DNA of 64,000 nucleotides from an uncultured Gammaproteobacteria bacterium (lineage in GTDB: Bacteria; Patescibacteriota; Patescibacteriia; Patescibacteriales; UBA12465), in contig CAZIJG010000003.1 in assembly GCA_964539545.1 (NCBI GenBank), positions 4,924 through 68,923 of the forward strand, read 5' to 3'. Under the pieces are notes generated by a model that saw nothing but the letters and a program-made list of their open reading frames with translations, was not told where the DNA came from and did not search any database. Within the stretch, counting starts at the first letter, position 1, and each line of letters opens with the position of its first letter. Both the position numbers and the translations under genes were made by a program. Positions 38,307 through 48,527 of the stretch are shown here, one piece after another.

Positions 38307-39080
38307 TTATATTCTACCTTGTTTTCTCACTTTTTCTTCTAGCTTAGCAATAGTTTCCGGATCTCCTAGATAATAGTGTTTAATGGGCTTCAAATTCTTG
38401 TCTAATTCGTAAACCAATGGCACGCCAGTTGGTATGTTCATGAAGGGGATTTCTGCGTCTGGTATATTATCTAAGTATTTTATAATAGCCCTTAAACTAT
38501 TGCCATGGGCAGAAATAACTATACTCTTACCGGCCTTAATCTGCTTAGTAATTACTTTTTTCCAATAGGGGACTACCCTGTCGACTACATCTTTTAGACT
38601 TTCGGTTAATGGCAACTCATCAGCAGGCACGCCTTTGTACCGAGGGTCTTTTTTGGTATAATACTTATTAGTCTTTTTTATCTCTGGTGGTCTCACAGCA
38701 TAACCTCTACGCCATAAAAAAACACGTTCTTCGCCAACCTTCTTAGCCATATCTTTTTTATTTAGGCCCTGTAGGTCTCCATAATGTCTTTCATTTAATT
38801 TCCAATCTTTTATCACTGGAATCCACATCAGATTCATCTGGTCTAAAACAATTTGTAAAGTTTTTATAGACCTTTCTAAATAAGAAGTGTAGGCTAAATC
38901 AAAAATATAGCCCTTTTGCTTTAAAATCTTTCCAGCAGAAATTGCTTCTTTAATACCGCGCTTGGTTAAATCCACATCAGATAAACCTTTTTTTTCTATT
39001 GCTGCATCCACCCACCCGGTAAATAAACCTTCTTTATTCCAGGGGCTCTGACCGTGGCGAACAAAAACAATTTTATACAT
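38307..39080 (-). CDS. gpmA: 2,3-bisphosphoglycerate-dependent phosphoglycerate mutase
   Basis: MYKIVFVRHGQSPWNKEGLFTGWVD (RHG catalytic motif) and ISAHGNSLRA. Confidence 0.9.
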   Translation of the reverse strand: MYKIVFVRHGQSPWNKEGLFTGWVDAAIEKKGLSDVDLTKRGIKEAISAGKILKQKGYIFDLAYTSYLERSIKTLQIVLDQMNLMWIPVIKDWKLNERHYGDLQGLNKKDMAKKVGEERVFLWRRGYAVRPPEIKKTNKYYTKKDPRYKGVPADELPLTESLKDVVDRVVPYWKKVITKQIKAGKSIVISAHGNSLRAIIKYLDNIPDAEIPFMNIPTGVPLVYELDKNLKPIKHYYLGDPETIAKLEEKVRKQGRI

Positions 39081-39134
39081 AAATTTTAGATTAATTTTTT
39101 GCTTTCACCTAAATTTTAACATAAGTTTCTTGTA

Positions 39135-39163
39135 TTGACTAGACAAACAATAATTGCTAGGAT
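39135..39163 (+). promoter_or_regulatory. Candidate promoter for the LysM/M23 gene
   Basis: TTGACT-17 nt-TAGGAT, about 75 nt upstream of the ORF start. Confidence 0.3.
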
Positions 39164-39238
39164 TGGCCTAAGTTTGACAAATAACCATAAAAAGATATTT
39201 CAGTCAAAACAAAAATAAAAAAAACTATTGTAGAGCTC

Positions 39239-40597
39239 TTGCTTTTCACCGCCAGGATTTTCATCCTATTAGGAAAAGTAATTAGGGTTATTTTTGTTTA
39301 TATCCTTATTAAACCTCTAGTTTTCATTTTTAATATACTATTATATAAACGATTAGTTAAATGGCATCACCTATATGAAAGTCTTAAACGTAAGCTATCC
39401 AAAGAACAGCCCGGAATAAAAAGACGACTACTGACTCAAGGCTTTATTCATAGTTTTATTACTGCCTTAATTATCGTAGCAATTTTTTATCAATTCTTTA
39501 CTGCTAATCAAGCTCGAGCTTTCTCTAATAAAGCAACTGGAACCATTCTAGCTGAAGTAGTAACTAGTGAATTTGGCGAACTATTAAATAATGAAGATTT
39601 AATTGAAGAAACTTATAATGAAGAATCTATTGTCTTTTCTGGTGAAAGCCAAATCAGCCAATATAGCGGAACTCTAGAGCCTAATGTAGATGTGACTACT
39701 CAAACTGAAGTTGTAATAGAGCCTAAACTAGATATTGAAATGAGCGAAGACAAGGCCATGACTCTACAGAATGAAGCCGGAAAGATTAAACCTGAAACTG
39801 TAGTCATAGATACTCCCGCTACTAGCGCTCAGTCTAGGGCTGCCACTGTTGAATATACTGTTAAGCCAGGAGATAGTGTGAGCACAATTGCCACAAAGTT
39901 TGGCGTAAGCGTAAATACTATTCTCTGGGAAAACAATCTCAGTTCCTATAGTTTGATTCGTCCTGGTAACACTCTAGATATTCTGTCTGTTACTGGAATC
40001 ACTCATAAAGTTAGTAGTGGAGAAAGTCTTAGTTATATTTCAAATCGCTATGATGTAGAAACAGATAAAATATTGGCAGCCAATAATTTAACTGATATTA
40101 ATAGTTTAAAAATTGGTCAAAAATTAATTATTCCAGAAGGTAGAAAAATATATTATAGATCAACCACCGCTAGTCAATCTTCTAGTAGCGGTATTGATGT
40201 GATTAAAAAATTAGTTAGCCCAGCCTCAGCTCCTGCATCTAATAAGATGCTTTGGCCAACCGAGGGACACCGTATCACTCAATATTATTCTTGGCGTCAT
40301 AAAGGCTTAGATATTGCCAACAAAACAGGCACTCCGCTGTATGCAGCTGATGCTGGAACAATTATTTATTCTGGCTGGAGTACTGGCTATGGTTATAATG
40401 TATTGATTGATCATGGCGGAGGAAAAAGAACTAGATATGCTCATGCTTCAAAACTTTATGTTAAAAAGGGTGATATAGTAAGTATGGGAGAATCGATCGC
40501 TGCCATGGGATCGACTGGTTGGAGTACTGGACCTCATATCCACTTTGAGGTTATAATCAATAGTACAAAGCTTAATCCATTAAACTACATTAGATAA
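39239..40597 (+). CDS. LysM-domain M23 family metallopeptidase (peptidoglycan hydrolase)
   Basis: Two LysM repeats (YTVKPGDSVSTIATKFGVSVNTILWENNL and HKVSSGESLSYISNRYDVETDKILAANNL). M23 motifs HKGLDIA and GPHIHFEV. TTG start, with no in-frame ATG near the N-terminus. Confidence 0.85.
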   Translation: MLFTARIFILLGKVIRVIFVYILIKPLVFIFNILLYKRLVKWHHLYESLKRKLSKEQPGIKRRLLTQGFIHSFITALIIVAIFYQFFTANQARAFSNKATGTILAEVVTSEFGELLNNEDLIEETYNEESIVFSGESQISQYSGTLEPNVDVTTQTEVVIEPKLDIEMSEDKAMTLQNEAGKIKPETVVIDTPATSAQSRAATVEYTVKPGDSVSTIATKFGVSVNTILWENNLSSYSLIRPGNTLDILSVTGITHKVSSGESLSYISNRYDVETDKILAANNLTDINSLKIGQKLIIPEGRKIYYRSTTASQSSSSGIDVIKKLVSPASAPASNKMLWPTEGHRITQYYSWRHKGLDIANKTGTPLYAADAGTIIYSGWSTGYGYNVLIDHGGGKRTRYAHASKLYVKKGDIVSMGESIAAMGSTGWSTGPHIHFEVIINSTKLNPLNYIR

Positions 40598-40598
40598 T

Positions 40599-40850
40599 AT
40601 GAATATTATTTTAGGAATTCTTATGATCGGAGCTGGTATATGGATGGTAGTCCAAACTGAAAAGATGCTAGAGAACTTTGGGCGTAGCGGAGTTTTTGAA
40701 AAGTATTTAGGGAGTGAGGGCGGCTCTAGATTAGGCTATAAATTGCTAGGTCTCTTGATTATTTTTTTAGGAATCGTTATTATGTTGGGCATGACCTCTA
40801 ACTTTTTAGGATTTGTGTTAGGGCCATTACTAAGACACATACCAAATTAA
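40599..40850 (+). CDS. Small membrane protein (83 aa, 2-3 TM)
   Basis: Hydrophobic segments. The start is 2 nt after the M23 gene stop. Confidence 0.5.
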   Translation: MNIILGILMIGAGIWMVVQTEKMLENFGRSGVFEKYLGSEGGSRLGYKLLGLLIIFLGIVIMLGMTSNFLGFVLGPLLRHIPN

Positions 40851-40853
40851 TTT

Positions 40854-40927
40854 GGGCCATTAGCTCAGCTGGCTAGAGCGCCTGCTTTGCAAGCAGGAGG
40901 TCAAGGGTTCGAGTCCCTTATGGTCCA
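40854..40927 (+). tRNA. tRNA-Ala (anticodon TGC)
   Basis: Cloverleaf folded by hand: acceptor GGGCCAT/ATGGTCC with the G3:U70 identity pair, anticodon loop TTTGCAA, T-loop TTCGAGT. No encoded CCA. Confidence 0.95.
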
Positions 40928-40932
40928 CAAGT

Positions 40933-40960
40933 AACCTGATCTCAATGACCAGGTTTTTTG
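40933..40960 (+). terminator. Intrinsic terminator after tRNA-Ala
   Basis: acctgatc-tcaat-gaccaggt (8 bp, one A/C mismatch), followed by TTTTTT. Confidence 0.55.
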
Positions 40961-40973
40961 TTATAATAGAGAT

Positions 40974-42731
40974 ATGAATAAATTACATAAAATTATATTA
41001 ATCATTGTCCTAATCTTGGTAATCGGGGCTACCTTCTTTAATGGCGGAAATCATAGCATCATAAAACAATTAATTTTAGCTTTCATTCCTTTGCTAGGTT
41101 TGTCTCTATTTAATTTAAAATTAAGAAATAAACAGGCCATCACATTTCTAGGTCTATTTTTGTTATTCTTAGTTATTAGTTCTATATTTTCTGCCTCTCC
41201 TAATACTAGTTTAGAAGTTGCTCGAGAATATATATCATTGGTTTTCTTATTTTTAATAGTGATCTCGCTCAATATCCGATCAAAAGAGAAAGATTTAATT
41301 ATTAAGTCTCTAGTTATAACAGGTTCTATAGTTTCAATAGTCGGCTTATATTTCTTAGCTACTGGTGGCTATCATAGACTAACCTCAACTTTCTATTGGC
41401 CTAATCCGGCTGCCTCTTATTTAATTCTTATCATTCCCTTGGCCTTTTATTGGCTCGCCAAAAATTCTCGTAAAATGATCCCTAGTTTACTAACCATTAT
41501 TCTTATAACTTCATTAATATTAACTGCCTCTCGTGGCGCCTGGTTATCTCTGCTAGTTGTGGCTATCTTCTTCATAATTAGTATCAGAAAACGACTAACT
41601 ATTAAAGCTTTTAAACTTCCTCTTCTAATCTTAATAATATCTATACTCTTGGCTTCTGGCTTCATATATATAAAAACTCTAGCCATTGATTATACCAAAG
41701 CTGATGCCCACAACACTTCTGTAACTGCTCGTTTACATTATTATCAAGGAGCTTTAAATATCTTTAAAGATGACCCTTGGTTAGGAGCTGGTTTAAATAG
41801 TTTTTCTAACCTTTACCCTCAACACCAAACTGACCCTCTTCATTTCAGTAAATACATACATAATTGGTATTTAGAAATACTGACCGAGTCTGGTATGTTT
41901 GCTTTATTAACGTTCTTATTATTCCTCTTCTATATTCTTAAACAGTCCACCTTTAGGACGGGCGATAAAAATCTAGCCATCAGTTTGGCTTTACTAGCTT
42001 TCTTGTTACATAGCTTGATCGATATCGGCTCTCATTTTCTAGCTAATCAATTATTGTTCTGGTTCTTGCTAGGGCTAGTAGTTTCTGGCGAAGAAATAAA
42101 AATAAAAAAACCTATCAAGATAGGTATTCTGGTTTTAGTTATAATATTATTTGTTTTTAATCTAACTTCTCTAATTAGAACTACCTATACAAATAATTCC
42201 TTAAAAAGTTTGTCTAAAAATAAGTTAAGACAAGCTGTAGTTGAACAAGAAACAGCTGTTAATCTTAGTTGGCTCCCTCAAGATAATTATTACTTGGCCA
42301 ACCTCTATCTAAAACAGGATGACTTGGAAGCAACCGCTAAACAAATCCAGCTAGCAATTGATAAAGATCCCAACGAAGCCTCAAATTATAATCTAGCTGG
42401 CAGCTTGGCATTAATTAATAAAGATATAGAAACTGCATACGATTATTTTTCTCTAGCTCAACAACTTCAACCTCTTTCCTTACGTTCCAATCTTAATTTA
42501 ATGCTAGTGTTAAGTGAACAATATAATTGGAGAGAAATAAAAAGTATTGGTAAAAATATCATAAGCCATTACGATCAAGAAACAATTAGCACTCAAGAAT
42601 TTATTATTATTAATGGACAAACTTCTAACAACAATCTACAGAATGATTGGTTATTGATACAACAATTACTAGATTTAGCTAAGAAAAAAACCACTATTAA
42701 TGAGCTGGAAAAAAGCCAACAAAAATGGTAA
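40974..42731 (+). CDS. O-antigen ligase/Wzy_C-family polytopic membrane protein with C-terminal TPR-like region
   Basis: About 10 TM helices. SRGAWLSL and HNWYLEILTESG motifs are typical of the O-antigen ligase family. The C-terminal soluble part is helical-repeat-like. Confidence 0.7.
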   Translation: MNKLHKIILIIVLILVIGATFFNGGNHSIIKQLILAFIPLLGLSLFNLKLRNKQAITFLGLFLLFLVISSIFSASPNTSLEVAREYISLVFLFLIVISLNIRSKEKDLIIKSLVITGSIVSIVGLYFLATGGYHRLTSTFYWPNPAASYLILIIPLAFYWLAKNSRKMIPSLLTIILITSLILTASRGAWLSLLVVAIFFIISIRKRLTIKAFKLPLLILIISILLASGFIYIKTLAIDYTKADAHNTSVTARLHYYQGALNIFKDDPWLGAGLNSFSNLYPQHQTDPLHFSKYIHNWYLEILTESGMFALLTFLLFLFYILKQSTFRTGDKNLAISLALLAFLLHSLIDIGSHFLANQLLFWFLLGLVVSGEEIKIKKPIKIGILVLVIILFVFNLTSLIRTTYTNNSLKSLSKNKLRQAVVEQETAVNLSWLPQDNYYLANLYLKQDDLEATAKQIQLAIDKDPNEASNYNLAGSLALINKDIETAYDYFSLAQQLQPLSLRSNLNLMLVLSEQYNWREIKSIGKNIISHYDQETISTQEFIIINGQTSNNNLQNDWLLIQQLLDLAKKKTTINELEKSQQKW

Positions 42732-42742
42732 AATATTAACAT

Positions 42743-45517
42743 ATGAAGGATAAACGATTAATCGTAATAGACGGGAATGCTTTAATTCACCGTAGTTTTC
42801 ACGCCCTACCACCAACCTTAACAACTAAGGATGGGCGAATAGTTAATGCTGTCTATGGCTTTACTTCTTTTCTGCTAAAAGCTTTCACTGATCTAAAACC
42901 GGATTATGTTGTTTTAACTTTAGACAGAAAAGAACCAACCTTTAGACATAAAGAATATAAAGAATATAAAGCAAAAAGAGTAAAGGCTCCAGATGAACTC
43001 TACCAACAAATTCCTCTAATAGAAAAAATGGCTAAAGCTTTCGATATCCCAACTTTTTCTTTGAGCGGTTTTGAAGCAGATGATTTAATCGGTTCAATTG
43101 TTAAACAATTAGAAAACGAACATCATCTAGAAAAAATGATTATTACTGGTGATCTAGATACTCTGCAATTAATTAATCCTCACACTAAAGTTTATACTAT
43201 GAGCCGTGGCCTAAGCGACACAGTTATTTATGATGAAAGAATGGTTAAGGAAAGATATCAACTAAGGCCTGATCAAATCATAGATTACAAAGCGCTACGA
43301 GGAGATCCTAGCGATAACTTGCCTGGAGTAGATGGAGTAGGAGAAAAAACTGCTATCGAACTTCTTAACCTTTTTGATAACTTAGAAAACATCTATACCT
43401 ATTTAGATAAAAATCCTGAAGCGGAAGAAATTAGACCTCGGATTACTGGCTTACTAAAAAAAAGTAAAGACAATGCCTTTCTTAGCAAGAAACTAGCTAC
43501 TATAAAAACTGATATAGACATGGGATTTAATCTCGAAAAAACCCGACTACATAATTTAGATATAGAAGGTATTAAAAAGATCTTCACCGAGCTTGAATTC
43601 AAGTCTTTAATTCCTCGACTAGCCAAGTTAGGACCAATATTTAGCAATAAAGAAGCGGATCAGCCAATAGATAAATTTGTCCGTAACAAACAAAAGTTTG
43701 ATTATGCTCTAGTCAACTCTGAAAAAGATTTCAAAAAATTTCTCGCTGAACTAAAGAAACAAAAACAGTTTGCTTTTGATGCTGAAAGCTCAGATGCTAA
43801 TACTTTCTCTGCTAAACTACTGGGCCTTAGTTTTTCCTGGAAAGCCAAACAAGCCTATTACGTTAATCTAGATTCTAGTCCTGAGCCTAATCTATTTAAC
43901 CAGCAAGGAGCTATGCACGATTGGCTAGAAAAACTGAAACCAATTCTTGAAGATAAAAAAATAAAGAAATTTGGACATAATATCAAATTTGATATTAAAT
44001 TATTGCACTCTCATAGAGTTAATGTGGCAGGGGTGGCCTTTGATACTAAATTAGCGGCTTACTTGGTTAACCCTAGTAATCGTCACCATAGCTTAGATGC
44101 TTTAAGTTTTAGTGAACTAGGCTTAGAGAAAATTAACTCAGAAAATCTATTAGGAAAGGGCTGTAATAAACTAGCCTATTGGCAAGTGCCCGTAGAAAAG
44201 ATGTCTGTGTATTCCTGTGAAGATGCGGATTGTACTTTCCGTTTAGTTAATATTCTAAAAAAACAATTAAAGGAGTACGAACTAGAGAAACTATTCACTG
44301 ACATTGAGCTACCTTTAATCGATGTCCTAGCTCAAATGGAAATTTACGGTATTAAATTAAATCTAGAGAAACTAAAAGACATGGACAAAGATGTTAGTAA
44401 AAAAATAAATAAATTAACTAAAGATATTCATAAATTAGCTAATAACGATTTCAATATTAACTCTACTCAACAGTTACAAAAGATAATCTATAATGATTTA
44501 AATATTCCAACTGAAAATATTAAAAAAACTAAAAATGGTTTTTCTACTGCTTTTGACGAACTACAAAAACTCAAAGATTTACATCCAATTATTCCAATGA
44601 TTCAAAGTTACCGAGAGCTAAAGAAACTACAAAGTACTTATATCCAAGCTCTACCGGAGTTAGTTAATACCAAGACTAAACGTCTACACACTAGTTTCAA
44701 ACAAACTGTAACTGCTACTGGCAGATTATCTTCTACTGAACCAAATCTACAAAACATTCCTGTACGACATGGCCTAGGGAAAGAAATACGCCAAGCTTTT
44801 ATAGCTGAGAAGGGCTATAAACTATTAGCCATAGATTATTCCCAAATTGAATTAAGATTAGCTGCTCATATGTCAGGAGATGAAAATCTAATTGATGCCT
44901 TCAACAACAATCAAGATATCCATACTGCTACTGCCGCAAACATAAATCAAATATCTGAATCTGAAGTTACCTCAGACATGCGTCGTGAAGCTAAGGCGGT
45001 TAATTTTGGCATCCTCTACGGCCAGGGTCCACATGGACTAAGCCAAAATGCTGACATCCCCTATGCCAGAGCCAGAGAATTTATTACCAGATACTTTACT
45101 GTCTATAGCGGAGTAAAGAAGTTTATTAATGACACTATCCAATCTGCCAAAGACTTGGGTTATGTAAAAACTCTTTTTGATCGTCGCAGGTATGTGCCAG
45201 AGATTAATTCTGAAATTAGTTTAGTTAAAAAAGCTGGAGAAAGAATTGCTGTTAACACTCCCCTGCAAGGAACTGCTGCAGATTTAATTAAACTGGCTAT
45301 GTTACAGGTTGCTAATAAATTTTCTGAAGACCCAAACATCAGGATGCTCTTACAAGTTCACGATGAATTGATTTTTGAAATTAAACCAGATAAACTCAAA
45401 GAGTACGCTAAAGAAATCCAAGATATAATGGAAAATATCGTTCAACTCAAAGTCCCTATTATTGCTGACATAAAGACTGGAGATAATTGGGGTCAATTAA
45501 AACCCCTAGATATATGA
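42743..45517 (+). CDS. polA: DNA polymerase I (5'-3' exo, 3'-5' exo and polymerase domains)
   Basis: 924 aa. LIVIDGNALIHRSFHA (5' nuclease), FAFDAES (exo I), DYSQIELR and QVHDELIFE (pol motifs A and C). Confidence 0.95.
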   Translation: MKDKRLIVIDGNALIHRSFHALPPTLTTKDGRIVNAVYGFTSFLLKAFTDLKPDYVVLTLDRKEPTFRHKEYKEYKAKRVKAPDELYQQIPLIEKMAKAFDIPTFSLSGFEADDLIGSIVKQLENEHHLEKMIITGDLDTLQLINPHTKVYTMSRGLSDTVIYDERMVKERYQLRPDQIIDYKALRGDPSDNLPGVDGVGEKTAIELLNLFDNLENIYTYLDKNPEAEEIRPRITGLLKKSKDNAFLSKKLATIKTDIDMGFNLEKTRLHNLDIEGIKKIFTELEFKSLIPRLAKLGPIFSNKEADQPIDKFVRNKQKFDYALVNSEKDFKKFLAELKKQKQFAFDAESSDANTFSAKLLGLSFSWKAKQAYYVNLDSSPEPNLFNQQGAMHDWLEKLKPILEDKKIKKFGHNIKFDIKLLHSHRVNVAGVAFDTKLAAYLVNPSNRHHSLDALSFSELGLEKINSENLLGKGCNKLAYWQVPVEKMSVYSCEDADCTFRLVNILKKQLKEYELEKLFTDIELPLIDVLAQMEIYGIKLNLEKLKDMDKDVSKKINKLTKDIHKLANNDFNINSTQQLQKIIYNDLNIPTENIKKTKNGFSTAFDELQKLKDLHPIIPMIQSYRELKKLQSTYIQALPELVNTKTKRLHTSFKQTVTATGRLSSTEPNLQNIPVRHGLGKEIRQAFIAEKGYKLLAIDYSQIELRLAAHMSGDENLIDAFNNNQDIHTATAANINQISESEVTSDMRREAKAVNFGILYGQGPHGLSQNADIPYARAREFITRYFTVYSGVKKFINDTIQSAKDLGYVKTLFDRRRYVPEINSEISLVKKAGERIAVNTPLQGTAADLIKLAMLQVANKFSEDPNIRMLLQVHDELIFEIKPDKLKEYAKEIQDIMENIVQLKVPIIADIKTGDNWGQLKPLDI

Positions 45518-46860
45518 AAAAAAAACTAGAAAAACTATTTTCAAACAAAAAAATTGCATTACTAGGCCTGGGGTTAGAAAACCAGGCTTTATTAGAATTA
45601 CTGGCTAAATATAATATAACTACTGATATTACTATTTGTGATTTTAAGACTCTGGTGGCATTGAAATCTATTACAGCCAAACTAAAATTAAAATCATTAA
45701 AGCTTAATTATCAATTAAAGAAAAAATCCAATCAAAAACTAGATAATTTTGATATTCTATTTCGTTCCCCTGGCTGGCCTTTAAATTATCCGGGGATTAA
45801 ACAGGCTATAAAAAAGAAGGTAACAATTTCTAGCTCAATGAATATGTTTTTTCAAATTTGTGCTAGTAAAAATATTGTAGGTGTAACCGGGTCCAAGGGT
45901 AAAGGTACCACAGCCAGCTTAATAGCTAAGATATTACAAGATCAAAAAAAGAAAATCTTCCTAGGCGGTAATATTGGCATTGCTCCTCTAAGTTTTGTAG
46001 ATAAAGTTAAATCTGGTGATTGGATAGTTTTAGAACTATCTAGCTTTCAATTAGAGGATCTAGCTTATAGTCCTAAATACTCTGTAATCACCAATCTTTA
46101 TCCTGAACACTTATCTGCTGCTGATCCTAATAACCCTAATTTTCATAAAAACTTCAAAGCCTATATCCAGGCTAAATTAAATATTGCCGGCAACCAAAAT
46201 AATCTAGGAAAGTTTATCGTTAACGAAAAAGCTTGTCGAACCATTGAAAAAGAGGTCTTTAATTTTGTAAAAATTTACGCCGGAAAAATAACAACTTTTA
46301 AACCAGAAGTCTTACCAACTAAGCTAGTTGGTGATTTTAATTTTGAAAACATTGGTGGAGCTCTAACTCTGACCAAAGTACTTAAACTAAATCTAAAACA
46401 GGCTAAACGAACTATTAAAAACTATAAAAATCTAGAACATCGCTTAGAATGGGTAGCTAACATAAAAAAAGTGACCTACTATAATAATAGTTTCTGTACT
46501 ACTCCGGCTAGCACAATTCTAGATCTTAAATCCTTTACAACTCCAATCATTTTAATCGCCGGAGGACCTGATAAAGGCACTAGCTTTGATGCTTTAGCTA
46601 GAACTATAAACTCTAAAGTAAAATTATTAATTCTTTTCCCCGGCAGAGGTAGCGACAGATTAAAACAATCTTTAAAAAAAGCGAATTATCCTAAGAACCA
46701 GATTAAACTTGTTAATAGCATGACCGAAGCAGTAAAAATTGCTAAACAACAAGCCATTTCTAATGACGTTGTATTATTATCTCCAGCTTGTGCTAGCTTT
46801 GGTCTATTCAATAACTACAAAGAGCGTGGCGCATTATTTAAACAAGCTGTGAAAAAATAA
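45514..46860 (+). CDS. murD: UDP-N-acetylmuramoylalanine--D-glutamate ligase
   Basis: GVTGSKGKGTTASLIAKIL P-loop and MurD-type architecture. ATG 45514 overlaps the polA TGA (ATGA); the ORF track starts at 45487. Confidence 0.85.
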   Translation: MKKKLEKLFSNKKIALLGLGLENQALLELLAKYNITTDITICDFKTLVALKSITAKLKLKSLKLNYQLKKKSNQKLDNFDILFRSPGWPLNYPGIKQAIKKKVTISSSMNMFFQICASKNIVGVTGSKGKGTTASLIAKILQDQKKKIFLGGNIGIAPLSFVDKVKSGDWIVLELSSFQLEDLAYSPKYSVITNLYPEHLSAADPNNPNFHKNFKAYIQAKLNIAGNQNNLGKFIVNEKACRTIEKEVFNFVKIYAGKITTFKPEVLPTKLVGDFNFENIGGALTLTKVLKLNLKQAKRTIKNYKNLEHRLEWVANIKKVTYYNNSFCTTPASTILDLKSFTTPIILIAGGPDKGTSFDALARTINSKVKLLILFPGRGSDRLKQSLKKANYPKNQIKLVNSMTEAVKIAKQQAISNDVVLLSPACASFGLFNNYKERGALFKQAVKK

Positions 46861-46862
46861 CT

Positions 46863-47837
46863 ATGATACTTTTCCTTTTTGGCCCAGATACATTCAGAAG
46901 CCGAGAAAAGCTTCGGGCTCTAAAACAAAAATTTATTGATAGCGTAACTGACTCACAAAATAGCCTGGCTCTTATTAATGGCAAAACTACTGATTTAAAA
47001 GAGCTTAACGAAAAAATTAAAGGAAAAAGTTTATTCAGTAAAAAAAAGATGGTAATTATCGAAAACCTCTTAGAAAACAGCAATCAGGAGTTACTCAAAG
47101 ATTTCATCGTCTATTCTCAAACCAATAAATTAGAAGAAAGTGAAGACGCTTTTATTTTTTTTGATGAAGACGTAACAGATAAAGCTAAAAAGTTAAAAAC
47201 CGGGGCTAAGAAACTACTAGCCTATCTACAAAAACAAAAATACGCTCAAGAATTTAAATTACTAACTACCGCTCAACTAAGGCAATGGATAAAATCTGAA
47301 CTAGATAGAAAAAAACAAGACATTGCTTTCAACGCTTTGGAGGAATTCATAAAATTAACTGACAATAATCTTTGGCAAACAAATTCTGAACTACAAAAAC
47401 TCTGTCACTATAAGAATGGCGAGGAGATTCTCTTGGAAGATGTTAAAAAGTTAATAAAAGGTAGAATTGAGGAAGATATTTTTGCTTTAACTGATGCTCT
47501 CGGCAGAAAAAACTTCAAATTAGCCTCTAAACTACTGGCTGAACAACTTCAAACTGAATTTAGTGAAGAATATATTCTATCTATGACTAAACGGCAATTT
47601 CAACTAATTTTACAAGCTAAAGTAGCCCAAGATCAAGGAAAAAATTCTAATGAAATTGCTAAAGAATTAGGTTGGCACTCCTTTGTTGCCCAAAAAGCCA
47701 CTGCCCAGGCCAGACAATTTGAAATTTCTCAATTAAAAGACATGATTGGGCAATTAAATCACATAGATTTCTTAACCAAACAAGGACAGGCTGATATTTC
47801 AACCTGGCTAGATCTATTTATAGCTAAAGCCTTTTAA
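46863..47837 (+). CDS. holA: DNA polymerase III delta subunit (HolA-like)
   Basis: 324 aa. The N-terminus MILFLFGPDTFRSREKLRALKQKF and the overall helical C-terminus resemble small-genome HolA proteins. By eye only. Confidence 0.55.
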   Translation: MILFLFGPDTFRSREKLRALKQKFIDSVTDSQNSLALINGKTTDLKELNEKIKGKSLFSKKKMVIIENLLENSNQELLKDFIVYSQTNKLEESEDAFIFFDEDVTDKAKKLKTGAKKLLAYLQKQKYAQEFKLLTTAQLRQWIKSELDRKKQDIAFNALEEFIKLTDNNLWQTNSELQKLCHYKNGEEILLEDVKKLIKGRIEEDIFALTDALGRKNFKLASKLLAEQLQTEFSEEYILSMTKRQFQLILQAKVAQDQGKNSNEIAKELGWHSFVAQKATAQARQFEISQLKDMIGQLNHIDFLTKQGQADISTWLDLFIAKAF

Positions 47838-47852
47838 ATAAAAATAGTATAC

Positions 47853-47886
47853 AAAAAAAACCGCTATAAAATGAGCGGTTTTGTTT
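47853..47886. terminator. Bidirectional intrinsic terminator (holA + / small membrane gene -)
   Basis: aaaaaaaaccgct-ataaaatg-agcggttttgttt. Confidence 0.75.
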
Positions 47887-47892
47887 CTTGAG

Positions 47893-48159
47893 TTAAATAC
47901 TCAAAAACGTTAGGGCCAATATCAACCAAGATGCTGCATATATACTAGTAAATCGGCGGTAGCTTTTTATCCAAATAACCAGAAATCCAATGAAAAAAGA
48001 AAAACCAATTACTGAAATGGTGAGATACTGTGATTGATAAAAAAGGAATACTATTAAAATTCCGGCTACTAAAGCTACAACAAAGAATAATCGATAAAGA
48101 AATTCATTAACAGCTTGTTTTACAAGCTCATACAAGGCACCAGTCCTGGATTTAAACAT
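47893..48159 (-). CDS. Small membrane protein (88 aa, 3 TM)
   Basis: Hydrophobic segments throughout. Flanked by a terminator. Confidence 0.5.
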   Translation of the reverse strand: MFKSRTGALYELVKQAVNEFLYRLFFVVALVAGILIVFLFYQSQYLTISVIGFSFFIGFLVIWIKSYRRFTSIYAASWLILALTFLSI

Positions 48160-48259
48160 TTTTTTCTGACTTTATGGGTTATAAAAGAACATTCAACTAT
48201 GAAAATATATTACACCACAACTCTAAATAAATCAATTATTTTATAACCCCTTAAAACTC

Positions 48260-48288
48260 TTGCTTTTTTATTTCTGGTCTGTTATATT
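48260..48288 (+). promoter_or_regulatory. Candidate promoter for the tRNA cluster / rpsT
   Basis: TTGCTT-17 nt-TATATT, about 60 nt upstream of tRNA-Ile. Confidence 0.35.
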
Positions 48289-48350
48289 AAAACTATCTTT
48301 AAGACGCTATTCCAGCGATCTTTTTGTTATGGATATGACATCTTCTATTC

Positions 48351-48424
48351 GGGCAATTAGCTCAGTTGGTTAGAGCGCAGCACTGATAATGCTGAGGTCG
48401 GAGGTTCAAATCCTCCATTGCCCA
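48351..48424 (+). tRNA. tRNA-Ile (anticodon GAT)
   Basis: Acceptor GGGCAAT/ATTGCCC, anticodon loop CTGATAA, T-loop TTCAAAT. No encoded CCA. Confidence 0.95.
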
Positions 48425-48436
48425 CATAGACAATAA

Positions 48437-48509
48437 AGCGGGGTAGAGCAGTTGGCAGCTCGCCAGGCCCATAACCTGGAGGTCGCAGGTTCGAGTCCTG
48501 CCCCCGCAA
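48437..48509 (+). tRNA. tRNA-Met (anticodon CAT), initiator-like
   Basis: Nearly collinear with the E. coli initiator layout: xGCGGGG ... CCCCGCA-A. Position 1 (A) is unpaired with A72. A11:U24 in the D stem. Anticodon loop CCCATAA. Confidence 0.8.
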
Positions 48510-48527
48510 CTAGTAAGAACTGAGTCC

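Noticed and set aside
40854-42731. tRNA-adjacent genomic island or integrated element, considered downstream of tRNA-Ala and of the two tRNA clusters.
   Set aside because: There is no integrase, recombinase or phage gene. I noticed no direct repeat of a tRNA 3' end downstream. The flanking genes are ordinary envelope or housekeeping functions.
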